Assembly: GCA_000165345.1 (NCBI GenBank)
Contig: CM000436.1
Location: forward strand, 1,120,001-1,184,000
DNA length: 64,000 nucleotides
Reading direction: 5' to 3'
Below the pieces are notes generated by a model. That model was not told where the DNA came from. It searched no databases and saw only the letters and a program-made list of their open reading frames with translations. A program made the translations under genes and the position numbers. Below are positions 21,438 through 39,489 of this stretch, piece after piece; within the stretch, counting starts at the first letter, position 1, and each line of letters begins with the position of its first letter.

Positions 21438-22925
21438 CTAGCCAAATTCATCAATATAATAAGATTCTTTTTTAGTACTTTTAATCATACTTTTAAGAAT
21501 ATTAATTCTCTCACTTATATCTTTAGTGTTCGATAATTTACTCATTAGTTGTTCTTTTGTATATAATGGAGTTATTTTTCTTTTATTTGTTGGAGATTTT
21601 AATTCAAAATTATTCTTATTCCAATTATTAATCAAATAATTATTAATATCAGCCTTTTCATAGTTATTTTGTCTTTTTATATTTTTATTGAATTTTTGTA
21701 AATATTTGTAATAAGAATTATTATCAGATTCAAATTCAGAAGGAATTATTGAATTATTATATTTTGGTGCATGTTCTCTGTAATTGCTGAATTCATATTG
21801 ATCGTTATTTGAATTGAATCTATTACTAAAAGCACTGGTTGTTTCTCTATAAAGTGAATCATTTTTAGTCCTACGAATAGTTTCTATTGCAGATCTCAAA
21901 GCTGAATTCTTTCCATTTGTTCTTAAGGAGGAAGAAAATGAAGAGTAATATGCAGGAAGAGAGCTTGTAGAATAAGAGCCATAATATTGATGATTCCCAG
22001 TTTTGGAAGAATCTTTAATAAATCTATAGGTTTTTATTTGATTATGTAATAATTCTGAGTTTGAAATTTTCGAGTTAAAAATGTTAATATTATTATTATG
22101 TTTGTCAATTAATGGAGAATTATTCAAATACGATGGAACTCTTAGTTCAGATAATTCTAAAGTTCCACGTGTATTTGGTGAATTAAATTGAATTGTTACG
22201 TTATCATAAATATCTTCAATTTTTTGAGACAATTCTTGCTTTTGTTCTTGTTCTTGTTCTTGCTCTTGTTCTTGCTCTTGTTCATTTTCCTGTATCAGTT
22301 CCTGTTCTAGTTTTTGTTTTTGTTCTAGTTCCTGAACTTTAACTTGAACTTGACTATTCTCTCTGTTTTCCATTATTTGCTTATAATTTTTATTACTAAA
22401 TTCAGCCAAGTTACGTAAATTTTCATGTAGATTAAAATTTTCAAGTTTAATTAATTCAACCATTTCTTTAAGACATGATATGACATTAATATTCTCCAAA
22501 GTTGATAAATCTTTAATATTATTATAAAATGTGGATCTTAAATGCAATATAATTTCTGATTCAATTTCTTCCAATTTAATAATTAATATATAATCCTTTT
22601 CTTTTGCATGATCATCAAAGGTATTACCAAATGGTCTTTTATCAGGAATTTTATCCATATATTCATAATACTTCATTAAATTTAATGAAAATAAATCTTT
22701 ATATGAAGAGTCTTCGTCAATCATTTCAAGAAAATTCAGTATTGAATACTTTTGATTAATATTATCACGATAATTTAGTATCTTTCCTCTAATAATATCC
22801 CATAGAAAATAACCTTCCCAAGGTCCACCCAACTTTGTAGTAAGTTCTATTGGATTAAATGATGTCAATATAATTTTTAAAATATAATTTGATTCATTAA
22901 TATCATTAATATCTTTATTATCCAA
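21438..22925 (-). CDS. Hypothetical 495-aa protein with an (EQ)n repeat and a Ser/Asn-rich tail
   Basis: Uninterrupted ORF. The EQEQEQEQEQEQEQ tract is encoded by the hexanucleotide repeat (CTTGTT)n at 22236-22284. The 5' end abuts a run of N bases at 22937-23056, so the true start is uncertain. Only 31 bp separates its 3' end from the convergent gene at 21406. Confidence 0.5.
   Translation of the reverse strand: MDNKDINDINESNYILKIILTSFNPIELTTKLGGPWEGYFLWDIIRGKILNYRDNINQKYSILNFLEMIDEDSSYKDLFSLNLMKYYEYMDKIPDKRPFGNTFDDHAKEKDYILIIKLEEIESEIILHLRSTFYNNIKDLSTLENINVISCLKEMVELIKLENFNLHENLRNLAEFSNKNYKQIMENRENSQVQVKVQELEQKQKLEQELIQENEQEQEQEQEQEQEQKQELSQKIEDIYDNVTIQFNSPNTRGTLELSELRVPSYLNNSPLIDKHNNNINIFNSKISNSELLHNQIKTYRFIKDSSKTGNHQYYGSYSTSSLPAYYSSFSSSLRTNGKNSALRSAIETIRRTKNDSLYRETTSAFSNRFNSNNDQYEFSNYREHAPKYNNSIIPSEFESDNNSYYKYLQKFNKNIKRQNNYEKADINNYLINNWNKNNFELKSPTNKRKITPLYTKEQLMSKLSNTKDISERINILKSMIKSTKKESYYIDEFG
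22236..22284. repeat. (CTTGTT)n / (CTTGCT)n hexanucleotide repeat encoding the (EQ)n tract
   Basis: Read directly. It lies in frame within the CDS 21438-22925. Confidence 0.7.
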
Positions 22926-24415
22926 GGATCCTACTTNATCTTCAGAATCTAATAATATTGCTGAAATCGCCCCAGCTTAANTTNCAATTCCCATTCTGGG
23001 AGATTATGTNNAAAAATCTTCTTTACACACTTTNCCCTTCATTTTTTTTTTTCAANTTATACTTCCCAATATATATATATATATATATATTTCTATAATT
23101 GTTTGAAACTTGTAATCCATTATTCAAATTATATTTATGTATTTGTTTTAAAATATTATTTGATATAAATTATTTTGATACATGCACGCATTACTTTGCA
23201 ATAATATAGCTTAAGATTCAGAGAATTTTCAGACTCCACATTTATTTAAAAAAATGCATTAATATATACAATAGCATAAAGATAATGTGAAGTGAAATTT
23301 TTTTGAATCTACTTTCTTTTAATTCTATGCAATTACAAAACAACTGGAATTCAAGTATATTGGTATAAGCAATTTTTTCTTTCTAATGATTGCTTAAACT
23401 TCTTCTTTACTTTCTTGGGTAATTTGAGTGCATATTTCAATAATTAAATGAATTATTGAAATATGCTAAAGTTAGAACAGGAGGAAAAAAAAAAATTACC
23501 AAATTCAAAGTTATTCACTAAAAATTCTTAATATATTTAATTTAAATATTTTTGTTTTGGCGCCAGACTTTGTTTCTACTAATAATAATGTGGGGAATTC
23601 CTAGTAAAAAAAAAAAATAATNTATNATAAAATAAAATTTGAATAATAATAATTTTTATATAAAATNAATGATTTTCTATAAGAGTNTTTGATTAANTTT
23701 TATTACATTTCCCTATTAAAACTGGTGTAGATTTTTCTAATTGAATGATTTTTTTTTGTTTTGGTTTAATTTAAAAGATATATATATTTGTGTATCTATT
23801 TATAGATTTATTTATAATTTTAATATTTAAATTAATTTATGAGGTTTTTTTTTGTTTTATTAATATAATTTTGATTAAATATTTTAAAATTAATTTTCCA
23901 GTTTTAAATTTTCTATTTTCTAGATGTTTTCTGCATGCATTGCATGCATTTTTATATATTTATAATTTTTCGTGTGGACGAAATTTTAAGTTTATATAAA
24001 AGTAAAATTTTAAAGAAAAATAATAGAAGATATTTGAGTAATATAATTAAAAAAAAATTGTTTTGATCAAACAAAATAATATTACAATTCATATTAATAA
24101 ATTCTTTTTTCTTCTTCTTTTTTCTCTTTCTAATTTCTTCTTATTTCTTAATATTATCGATTAAGAAAATACTACATATACATAAGAATTAAAATTGAAA
24201 TTAAAATGATTGATAATTTGAATTTGAGTTGAGTTAAGGTTTACATTTTATAATTTTCTTAATAAATGGAAAAAGAAAATAATCAGAATAAAAAGAATAG
24301 TCGAGTTGAGTTAATAAAAGAAAGAGAAAGAAAGAGAATGGAAGAAAGAAAGAGAGTGAAAGTCGTTATATTTTGAAAATAATTAAATACAAATAATTTA
24401 ATATTATTTAAAATA

Positions 24416-25039
24416 ATGAAAATGAAAAATAACAACTATCCAAATAAATTTAGATCATTTATTATTGTTATTCATCAAGAATATGGATGTTTACTTTTAA
24501 AGTCAACTAAAAAAAGTGAATATGGCATTTTTCAATTACCAGGAGGAAGATTAGATGAGAAAGATTTGATGATTAATATTTCAGAAGCTAATAATAATAA
24601 TGGTAGAATAAATCCAATACCTGCAGAGAATGATTTTAAAATAGCTGCTGCAAGAGAATTATATGAAGAAACCGGATTAGATTTTAGAAATCGTCTTTAT
24701 ATGTTAAAACCATTGAAATTTGATTTGCCTAATAAATGGAGATTTTTTTACTTGAATATTACTAATTATGAAATAGTTAACCAAAATCAAAATAAAAATT
24801 ACTATTTTAATATATTCAAAGAAATTTCCCAATACTTTAACTCGATAATATTTAAAACAAAGAATAATAACATTGATGTAAATAATATTATTATAAAACT
24901 GTCCAAAGAACATGAAAGTTTCTTGTTTGAAAAAGACTTGGTAAAAGCTTCTCAGCTAGTTAAATCCCATAGCAAAGGTGTATGCTCCAAGGCACTATTA
25001 CTTTTCCAACAAAATTACCAAATATATACAAATTACTAG
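24416..25039 (+). CDS. Nudix-hydrolase-like protein, 207 aa
   Basis: Nudix box G-x5-E ... REUxEExGU is recognisable as GGRLDE...AAARELYEETGL, with an unusually long insert (NISEANNNNGRINPIPAENDFKI) inside the box. Confidence 0.45.
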   Translation: MKMKNNNYPNKFRSFIIVIHQEYGCLLLKSTKKSEYGIFQLPGGRLDEKDLMINISEANNNNGRINPIPAENDFKIAAARELYEETGLDFRNRLYMLKPLKFDLPNKWRFFYLNITNYEIVNQNQNKNYYFNIFKEISQYFNSIIFKTKNNNIDVNNIIIKLSKEHESFLFEKDLVKASQLVKSHSKGVCSKALLLFQQNYQIYTNY

Positions 25040-25533
25040 TTTTTTTTTTTTTCTTTTTTTTTTCTCCTGTTTCAAATTTTAATTCTAACTTTTCCTCTCA
25101 ACACATATTATTACAAAAACAATAGGAATTCACTGGAACATTGAAATCAATTCACTAAATATTAAAAGAAAAGATTGTAATTGAATAATAACAAAATCTA
25201 CCAGCTAAAATAGAACAATTATAAATCATTATATTACTACCATTAAAATATTGATAATCAACTAACTTTCCCAAAAATAATCCCAACTTTATCTAAATAA
25301 ATTTCCATCATTTTTTCATCAAATTATTCTTATATTCTAAATGCAGTAATTAACTATTATTTATCCACATAAATGTGCGTGCATGCATGATGGCGCTCAT
25401 GTAAAAAATGACGTGTTAAAAAATAAATCGAATAAAAATAGAAAGTGATAATAGTAGTTTTAGTTGTTGTCTTGATGAAGTAATTTTGAATAAATAGTTG
25501 AAGATAATGTGAACTTCACCTTTTTTCTCAAAT

Positions 25534-25569
<36 letters not shown>

Positions 25570-25630
25570 TAGAAATAATTCTCCAATTATAATTCCCAAG
25601 AAACGAGAGAATAATTACTTGGGCTATAAA

Positions 25631-32053
<6,423 letters not shown>

Positions 32054-32160
32054 TATTGTTAATCCTGAGGTAGATATAAATATGAATAAAAGGCTTCTAG
32101 TTTAGATTCTGGATGTATTTGTATAGAATAGAAACTTTAAGTAATCAAAATATATTCATA

Positions 32161-32243
32161 CATATACATATACATATATATATATATATATACATAAATA
32201 TATATATTTATATATATATATATATATTTATATATATAAATAT
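32161..32243. repeat. (TA)n / (CATATA)n microsatellite in the CHD upstream region
   Basis: Read directly. Confidence 0.7.
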
Positions 32244-33341
32244 GGCTACTCTTTCCAAAAAGTTGTATGCCTGTCCAATATTGTAATGTAAATCTTCAGG
32301 TCCAAATTACGAGATTCTGCATAAATCTCAGTCCAGAATTAGAGTATAAGCTTTCCAAGATGTTGATTTCCTTTAATTTCTAATATTTTATCGGTACCTT
32401 ATAGTTTTTTTATCTTGGATCCTCAGTAAATTTTCTCAAACTTGTATATGTAGAACCCCTCAATCAAATACTCATAATAGTATATCATCAAATTATTGAG
32501 TTCGACTCCTCCTTTAGTCAGTAAATTAAAAAAAAAGCAACTGAGCTCTTTCTCTTATTTTCTTCTTTTTTATTTACTCTTTGAACATTTTCATATTTTG
32601 TGCAAACTATCTACTCAAATAGCAGACATACAGACGTACATACGTATTGACTGTCCAATAATATGTGTAGTTACTTGCTATTCCATCACGCGGCTGTCTG
32701 CACCTACCCTCCCTTTTTAATATCTATTATTGAGACATATATGTATCAATAATTTTATTAAAAAAAAACTGAACTTGCTTTTCAGTTTTTTAATTCAACC
32801 TTAATTTTTTTATTTAATTAAGATAATCTTATTCAACAAAATTTGATTTTTCTAATGTTTTCAATGTCATGCAATTTACACCCATTTTGCCAATTTTCGC
32901 CGGTATACATTTTTTTTTTATCAGACATGTGGGGATTGACACGTGTATTTTTTTTCTAATTGATTTTTTTTTCTTAAACAGTTGTATAATAATTTTATTA
33001 AGCTTCATAAATTCGCTTGAAGCCTGATCATCATTCATATAGAACAAGAGATTTTAACTAAGAGAAAATACTAGATATTGGTCAAACTAAATCACTAATC
33101 TAACACTTTGATAATAATTAAACGTTAATTTCCACATTGATACTTTATACCATTTTCCGAGCATATTGACAAAAAAAAAATACGTGAAAATTAATTAGTT
33201 AAATTTTTTTTTTTCTTGAAATTTAGAAACAAATTATATCTTATTTTAACTAAATATTTTACTTTAATATTAATTAGATAAATCACTTTGCTTATCAATT
33301 ATTTACTTCAATTCAATAGATTTCAATTTATACCGCCTATC

Positions 33342-33357
33342 AATTTGGCGCCAAATT
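33342..33357. promoter_or_regulatory. Perfect 16-bp palindrome AATTTGGCGCCAAATT (E2F/DP-like site) in the CHD/ELO divergent spacer
   Basis: Read directly from the sequence. A GGCGGG site lies 35 bp downstream (33392-33397). Confidence 0.55.
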
Positions 33358-33943
33358 GTGGTTATGAATTTATGAATAATATTGCTGTGAAGGCGGGCTA
33401 AAAAGGGGGGAGTCAGGTATTTGTTCATTCAGAATAAATAAAAAAATGTATATAATATATATATATATATATTATATACATATGAATTGAAAATGATGGG
33501 TACCGTAAATAAATTTGTTGAACAAGTAATACAAAATTTGAATGTATTTATAGTTTAAAAAAGTTAGTATTAAATCATTAATTATTACACAAGTGAGAAC
33601 ATATATAAATATAAATATACTTGGAGATTTAATAATAATAAATTAATATTAAGAAAAGAAGAAGTATTTTGAATATAAAAAGTTCTCCTGTACAAGTACG
33701 AGCTCGAAGATATTTTTAATAAGCCTATTTTGTTTCAACTTTTTGTATTATTTGAAGTTCATGTAAAATAATTCTTGGATATATTTTTATATTACTTTTC
33801 ACTCAAATATTCAATTGGGAATCTATTAGCCTATATCTAATAGCACTCAATACAAATTTGCAATAAATTAAAAGTATAATGCAATTATAACATTAAATTA
33901 TTAAAGAATTATATTATAAAGATAATTAATAAAGGAGACAAAA

Positions 33944-34915
33944 ATGATCATAAAAAATAATAATAATGGGTATTTTATTGATAACGTTAATAAAATTTGG
34001 GAGATCCCTATAAATAGTGAGCATATGGACATTTTAAAGGAAATTCCATGGTTTAAATATCTTACTCTACCAATTGAAAGAAATTGGAATGGTATGAAAT
34101 TATTCCTTTGGACCAATGATAATTATTATCTTGCACACACAATCTGCATAATATATGCATTTTTCATATACTTTGGACCCAAAATTATGGAGAAACGAAA
34201 ACCTTTCAAATTGGAAAAACCTTTAAAATATTGGAACTTGTTTTTGGCACTTTTTTCATTTATTGGAACCCTACGTTTAATGCCATATGTTCTAACCAAC
34301 CTCATTAAGTATGGCTTTGTATCATCCATCTGTTCTCCTCCTATTGCTCCACTAACAAAAGGTCCAGCTGGCTTATGGCTCAGCTTATTTATATATTCTA
34401 AATATATTGAATTAATTGATACATTTTTTATTATTGCTAGAAAAAAATCACTTTCTTTTTTACACTGGTTCCATCACCTTACTGTACTCCTTTACACATG
34501 GGATGCTTATGTCTGCTGCCAAACTATTGGAGTCTTTTTTTGCGCCATAAACTACTTTGTTCATTCAATTATGTACTTTTACTATTATTTATCCTCTTGT
34601 GGTAAGAGACCAAAATGGGGTATGATCATCACAATCTTACAAATTGTACAAATGATTATTGGTACAATTCTAACCACTTCAGGTATGTATTACTCTTATA
34701 AACACCCATTTGCCAATGTATTTCCAGTTGAATATCTAAGTCAACCTCTCAAAGTTGGTTGTCACTTTATCAGAACCAACGGTGTTTTTGCCTGCCTTAT
34801 GTACATCTCCTACTTTGCTTTATTCTTTGACTTCTTTATCAAAAGATATATCACAAAAGGTACACCTCTTGCTGAATGGGTAACTGCCAATAAAAAACCA
34901 ACTAAGCGCGATTAG
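33944..34915 (+). CDS. ELO-family fatty-acid elongase (3-ketoacyl-CoA synthase), 323 aa
   Basis: Histidine box HWFHHLTVLLYTW, which is the diagnostic ELO motif HxxHH. Multiple transmembrane helices. K-rich C-terminal tail (KKPTKRD), consistent with ER retention. Confidence 0.85.
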   Translation: MIIKNNNNGYFIDNVNKIWEIPINSEHMDILKEIPWFKYLTLPIERNWNGMKLFLWTNDNYYLAHTICIIYAFFIYFGPKIMEKRKPFKLEKPLKYWNLFLALFSFIGTLRLMPYVLTNLIKYGFVSSICSPPIAPLTKGPAGLWLSLFIYSKYIELIDTFFIIARKKSLSFLHWFHHLTVLLYTWDAYVCCQTIGVFFCAINYFVHSIMYFYYYLSSCGKRPKWGMIITILQIVQMIIGTILTTSGMYYSYKHPFANVFPVEYLSQPLKVGCHFIRTNGVFACLMYISYFALFFDFFIKRYITKGTPLAEWVTANKKPTKRD

Positions 34916-35261
34916 TACCCCTGGCCTTATTATATTCAAAATGGCGGGAAAATGTGCATATAAGAGATATATAATATATATGCTTGTATATATTTAAAAT
35001 CAGGATAAGCAAGTTGTATAAGAATTATCACAACTCTTTGAATTGACTATAATAAGCCTATTCTACATCAGTAATTAAAAAAATGGATAATTCTAATTCA
35101 GGAATGAGAAAAGGAAATAACTTATTTAAAGGAAGATAATTAATTATAAAATATTAGAAATTGTTTAGCCTAGTAATTAAGATAATAATGTAAATGGCTA
35201 TATGATTCTTACATATTTTTGAGCTCTCTTTTTTATTGCTTTAATAATTTTCCTATGATGA

Positions 35262-36503
35262 CTATTCTATAGTTAAGAAACCAACAAACGGAGTATTTGG
35301 ACCATTTAGTCCACTTGAAATGATCTTATTATAATGTATTGATGACGTGTTGGTTCCAATATTAGAGCTACTTGTGTTATTAGCATTATTAGATTCTAGA
35401 GAGTTGCAGGCTATCGCCAAAATCTGTCTATAAGGATGCCAAGACGACGATGTTATTCTACCAGGAACATCGAAACGACTGAGAATCTTTAGTTGAGTAT
35501 TGTTTAGCATTAATGTGTCATTGGAGTCCTCACCTGGTTTCTTCTTTTCTGAAGAAATTGCTGTTGATATAATCTCGCCAGTATTATTGAATTCTATACT
35601 AGTTGCCGCTCCATCTATTCCTCCAAGTGTTGAAATTATTGATTTGGAACGCAAATCCAAAAGTGAAATTGTCTGGTCTTGTCCAAAGCTTGCAATCATA
35701 TTAGAAAACTCTCTTACAATCACTGAGCTATAAAGATGAGTTTGAATAAGCTCTGATTTGTTTTGATTCAATATATCGTTTGAATTTTCTAAAAAAATAA
35801 TTTCCAATTTTCCATCATTTCTAGCCATAATCAGATGTTTACTATCTGAACTAAATGTAATATCATTAATTTCTTCTGAAGATCTTTTATGGCTTTGAAT
35901 ATTATATGGAAGTTCTCTTCTTTTTTGCCTTTCATTTACAATATTAGAATCTATATTCATCTTGTTTTCTTCATCATTCTTTAATTTCATAATTGGAATT
36001 GGAAGTTGTTTACTATTTGGAAACCTTAAGTCTATTGCATATAAGTTATCAGCTCTATCTCCTGTTACTACAGTTTTATCATCTTTTGACCAAGCTACAT
36101 TTAGAAAAGAATCATTTGGAATAGTAATTTCAAAATGAGATAATCCAGATCTCAAATCATAAAATTCAATGCAAGGCTTATTCAAAGCAATACAAATCAT
36201 TTGAAACGGATTCAAACTACTTGGAATAGCTTTGAACCATTGCCCTGGAATGCTTGTTTCTGCTATAAATAATTGAGGATTCATTAATTGTATACTATCT
36301 CTTGCACTATAGACAAGCTTATTTCCATCACATGTCCAGTTTATACCGCATACCTTACTCTTCTTCTTTGTATCATGTAATCTTGTAATCTTCACTACTG
36401 ACTGGTGACCTAAACAATTCTCCAAAATAGAGTAGTCCTGATTAAATGTAGGTAGGACATTTTCTGGAGCTGTTGTTCTTCTTTCTAATACCTTCGATAT
36501 CAT
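35262..36503 (-). CDS. THO complex subunit 3 (THOC3/Tex1)-like WD40 protein
   Basis: WD40 repeats. The C-terminal SSWHPYRQILAIAC aligns with human THOC3 VAWHPKRPLLAFAC. The N-terminal GHQSVV...WTCDGNKL matches GHSKTREF...WSCDGRRL. Confidence 0.55.
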   Translation of the reverse strand: MISKVLERRTTAPENVLPTFNQDYSILENCLGHQSVVKITRLHDTKKKSKVCGINWTCDGNKLVYSARDSIQLMNPQLFIAETSIPGQWFKAIPSSLNPFQMICIALNKPCIEFYDLRSGLSHFEITIPNDSFLNVAWSKDDKTVVTGDRADNLYAIDLRFPNSKQLPIPIMKLKNDEENKMNIDSNIVNERQKRRELPYNIQSHKRSSEEINDITFSSDSKHLIMARNDGKLEIIFLENSNDILNQNKSELIQTHLYSSVIVREFSNMIASFGQDQTISLLDLRSKSIISTLGGIDGAATSIEFNNTGEIISTAISSEKKKPGEDSNDTLMLNNTQLKILSRFDVPGRITSSSWHPYRQILAIACNSLESNNANNTSSSNIGTNTSSIHYNKIISSGLNGPNTPFVGFLTIE

Positions 36504-36738
36504 TAAATAGAAACCGGATATATTCTATATAAGTTTATTTACGCAACAAATATGATACCCCCTCTTTATTCTCTTTTTGTTCAATTCGTTTAAAATGTCA
36601 ATTTTTTTTGTTTTTGTTTTTAATAATTTTGTAATAAACAAAAAGGCGCCAAATCGCCAACTATTATAATATAAATGAATTATCAAATAGAGATGACATA
36701 ATAAATATTAATAATAGAATTATATAATATTCTAAATG

Positions 36739-37125
36739 CTAATCAGCATAATGTTTCATTAATTTATCTATTATTGAAACTGACATCTCACTATTAACAT
36801 CTCCACAGTGTTTATTTATCATCTTTTCTAAATTCAAGTCTATAGCTATTCCAAATTTTTTGGCTCTCTCAAGTCTTTTGGATCTGGAAATTTCACTGCA
36901 TGGGCCAAAAGTGTGGTCCAAGTCAAAACTATGCAATGTATTTAAAAGTTGTTCATTATCATTAGCACTCTGTACTGGCTTTAAATCTGTAGCTTCCAAT
37001 TCTGGATTTACTATTGGTCTAACAATACTAGTCTTGAATCCTACTAGTTTTGATTGATTTTCCTTTTCACTTTCTTTTAAGCCTTTGGCTGACCTTTTTC
37101 TCTTCTTATTTACATTGGGAGGCAT
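36739..37125 (-). CDS. DNA polymerase delta subunit 4 (POLD4/p12/Cdm1)-like small protein, 128 aa
   Basis: Basic N-terminus (KKRKRSAKG), then FDLDHTFGPCSEISRSKRLERAKKFG, which aligns with the POLD4 core FDLAWQYGPCTGITRLQRWCRAKQMG. Confidence 0.45.
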   Translation of the reverse strand: MPPNVNKKRKRSAKGLKESEKENQSKLVGFKTSIVRPIVNPELEATDLKPVQSANDNEQLLNTLHSFDLDHTFGPCSEISRSKRLERAKKFGIAIDLNLEKMINKHCGDVNSEMSVSIIDKLMKHYAD

Positions 37126-37653
37126 TTTTTTTTTTAAATCTCAAGTTACACTCAATTTCCCAACTTATTTCAATTTCACACGTCTAAAAAAACAATATTC
37201 ACAAAATTTCAGTCAATAATCACAATTCTTAAAACAAATTAATTCTAAAAGTCTCAGCAATAATAGAATCCTTGTTTCAATTAAAGTAAGAATGTGCTCC
37301 AATCTTTACTTCCATTTCATAATACATTTCTATTTTGATACTTTAATTTCATAATACATACTATTAATAATTTAACATCAGCCCGCCAACACGTTTGAGC
37401 GCGCAAATATTTACTATTAAACATGTAAAAGATAAACATTTTTTAAATGTGAAAAATACCTAAAAATGTCAAGGATTGCAAGGAATCTGTCATTTGAATT
37501 AATGTGTGCTAGTTTATACTTTCTTTAATATAATATTTCCATTTATGTTTATATTATACTTTAACTAAACAAATATTAAGTCTAGAAAAACTTTGCTCTT
37601 AACAACATAATCTAGAGAAAATTCTTGAAAAGTAAGAATTAGGTTAATCTATT

Positions 37654-38856
37654 CTAGTGGTTTAGTAAGAACTCGCTACAATGCTTTCCAGGTACAAATA
37701 ATGGTCCTAATGGGTCCTGGAAATCATATGGATCATACTTGGATGGGTATTTATCTACACTTCCTGTAAACTTTGGAGGAACAACAAGTCCAGGATTTGA
37801 GGGGGATGAAATTGTGGCAGTTTTAAGATAATAAAATGTATTTCCAGTGCTAATAATACCGGTATCACTAATAATAGACATTGAACCGTCATATTGTCCA
37901 ATCTCAGGATACTTTCCTTGTTTGATGAAAGGTTCTGAGAATGCAAAATGTCTAGAAAAGATATGCATAAGAAGCTTTTCATTATTAGTTTCAGGTGCTG
38001 GACTAGCAAAACTACCAATGCTTGTCATTTTACCTTCTGGATAAGTAACCATAAATCCATACCATAGTGTTTGGCCTTTCTTTGCAAGTACATTAGCTTT
38101 TTGAGGCTCACTTGGAATATAAGATGGAGTATTTGATTCTGTTGAAAGTTGTTCTTGTACTAGTTCCTGACAGATATAGTTACCTCCCCATCTAAAAGCA
38201 TTATCCTCCAAAACTTCAAATACAAGAGCTAACTCTTTTGGATTTGTTAAAAGACCTGTTTCATTTCTATAAGTACTCATTGTAAAATTTGTTTCTGTAA
38301 TTGAACCAGATTCTAAAAAACTAATCTTAGCCCATTTTTCTGTCTCGTTTGGCCAATAGAAAGAAGTTGGTAAAGTTTTAGATCCATTATTTTCATCTTG
38401 ATTCTCTTCCTTCAAGCTTCTAATATTATTCCTAGGTAATGTTTTTTGTCTAAGTTTATCCATAATTTTCTTTCTATTAATTCTTTTAAATTTGAAATCA
38501 TTTTCATCAACAGTAGTATTACTTTGAGTTGCAAATTCAACAATTTCTACTCCAAATCCATAAAAGAAATAATCAAAAAGATGATCAACATTTTCTTCAA
38601 ATAACGTCATTGATTCATTTGAAGCTGTTTTGTAGTTTGAAAACAACTTAGATTGATCTGGAGTACCATCTATTTGAGAATATTCATAAATAGTAGTATA
38701 AGATCTTAAGTTTGTTAGCCAAGCATCAGCTTGCCTACTAAATATCCATTCAACTTTTGCTTGATCAAATATTAATGCATGGACTATACCGATCAATAAT
38801 ATAACACCAAGTAAATATTGTAATTGTTTTGTTTGAATTGAATTCATATTAATCAA
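37654..38856 (-). CDS. Secreted or membrane-anchored hypothetical protein, 400 aa, with an N-terminal signal peptide
   Basis: N-terminal hydrophobic stretch LLGVILLIGIVHALIF after a short polar leader. No family recognised. N-glycosylation-type NxS/T sites are frequent. Confidence 0.45.
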   Translation of the reverse strand: MINMNSIQTKQLQYLLGVILLIGIVHALIFDQAKVEWIFSRQADAWLTNLRSYTTIYEYSQIDGTPDQSKLFSNYKTASNESMTLFEENVDHLFDYFFYGFGVEIVEFATQSNTTVDENDFKFKRINRKKIMDKLRQKTLPRNNIRSLKEENQDENNGSKTLPTSFYWPNETEKWAKISFLESGSITETNFTMSTYRNETGLLTNPKELALVFEVLEDNAFRWGGNYICQELVQEQLSTESNTPSYIPSEPQKANVLAKKGQTLWYGFMVTYPEGKMTSIGSFASPAPETNNEKLLMHIFSRHFAFSEPFIKQGKYPEIGQYDGSMSIISDTGIISTGNTFYYLKTATISSPSNPGLVVPPKFTGSVDKYPSKYDPYDFQDPLGPLFVPGKHCSEFLLNH

Positions 38857-39469
38857 AATAGTAATTAATGTTTATTTTATTTTTTTATTTGAATCTTTAA
38901 AACTGAAAAAAGGCTTTTTACTTAATAATTTATTTGTATTAGCAATACTATTGAATATTTCTCTATTACTTATCAGAGTATTGATATAGTATTGATGATA
39001 GTATTGTGACTTTAAGATTTGTTATAACTGCAAAAGCAATAGTAATATTATTTATTATAGTTTTAGTAGATCTGGTTGATTTGTTAGTAGAAGTGGTAGT
39101 ATTAGTTTCAAACTATTTATAACGGCAATAATAATAACAATAATAATATTTCAATACTATTAAAGTATAATAAAATTATATTTAGTAACTTATTTAATAT
39201 TGATAAATATTAGTAATCAATTGATTGAAATTTAAAAATTCAACTGTTTTCTGGCTCTAAATATTATTTTATCACAACAATAAAGACTAATATACTTATT
39301 CTTAAATACAATTTTTTATATACTTAACTTGTTTTTCTTGTATTTATTAATTACTCAATACTTGTCTCCTATTTTCTAACTTTGTTCTGACTTAAATTCT
39401 AATCCAACTGAACCTTTAATCTTTAACTATTTATTTCCTATCTCATTTTTTCCTTATCGCTTTTTTATT

Positions 39470-39489
39470 AATTTGCATGCATGCAAATT
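39470..39489. promoter_or_regulatory. Perfect 20-bp palindrome AATTTGCATGCATGCAAATT (double GCATGC motif), with a GGCGCC site 36 bp downstream (39525-39530)
   Basis: Read directly. Located in the 1-kb divergent spacer between the genes starting at 38856 (-) and 39847 (+). Confidence 0.55.
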
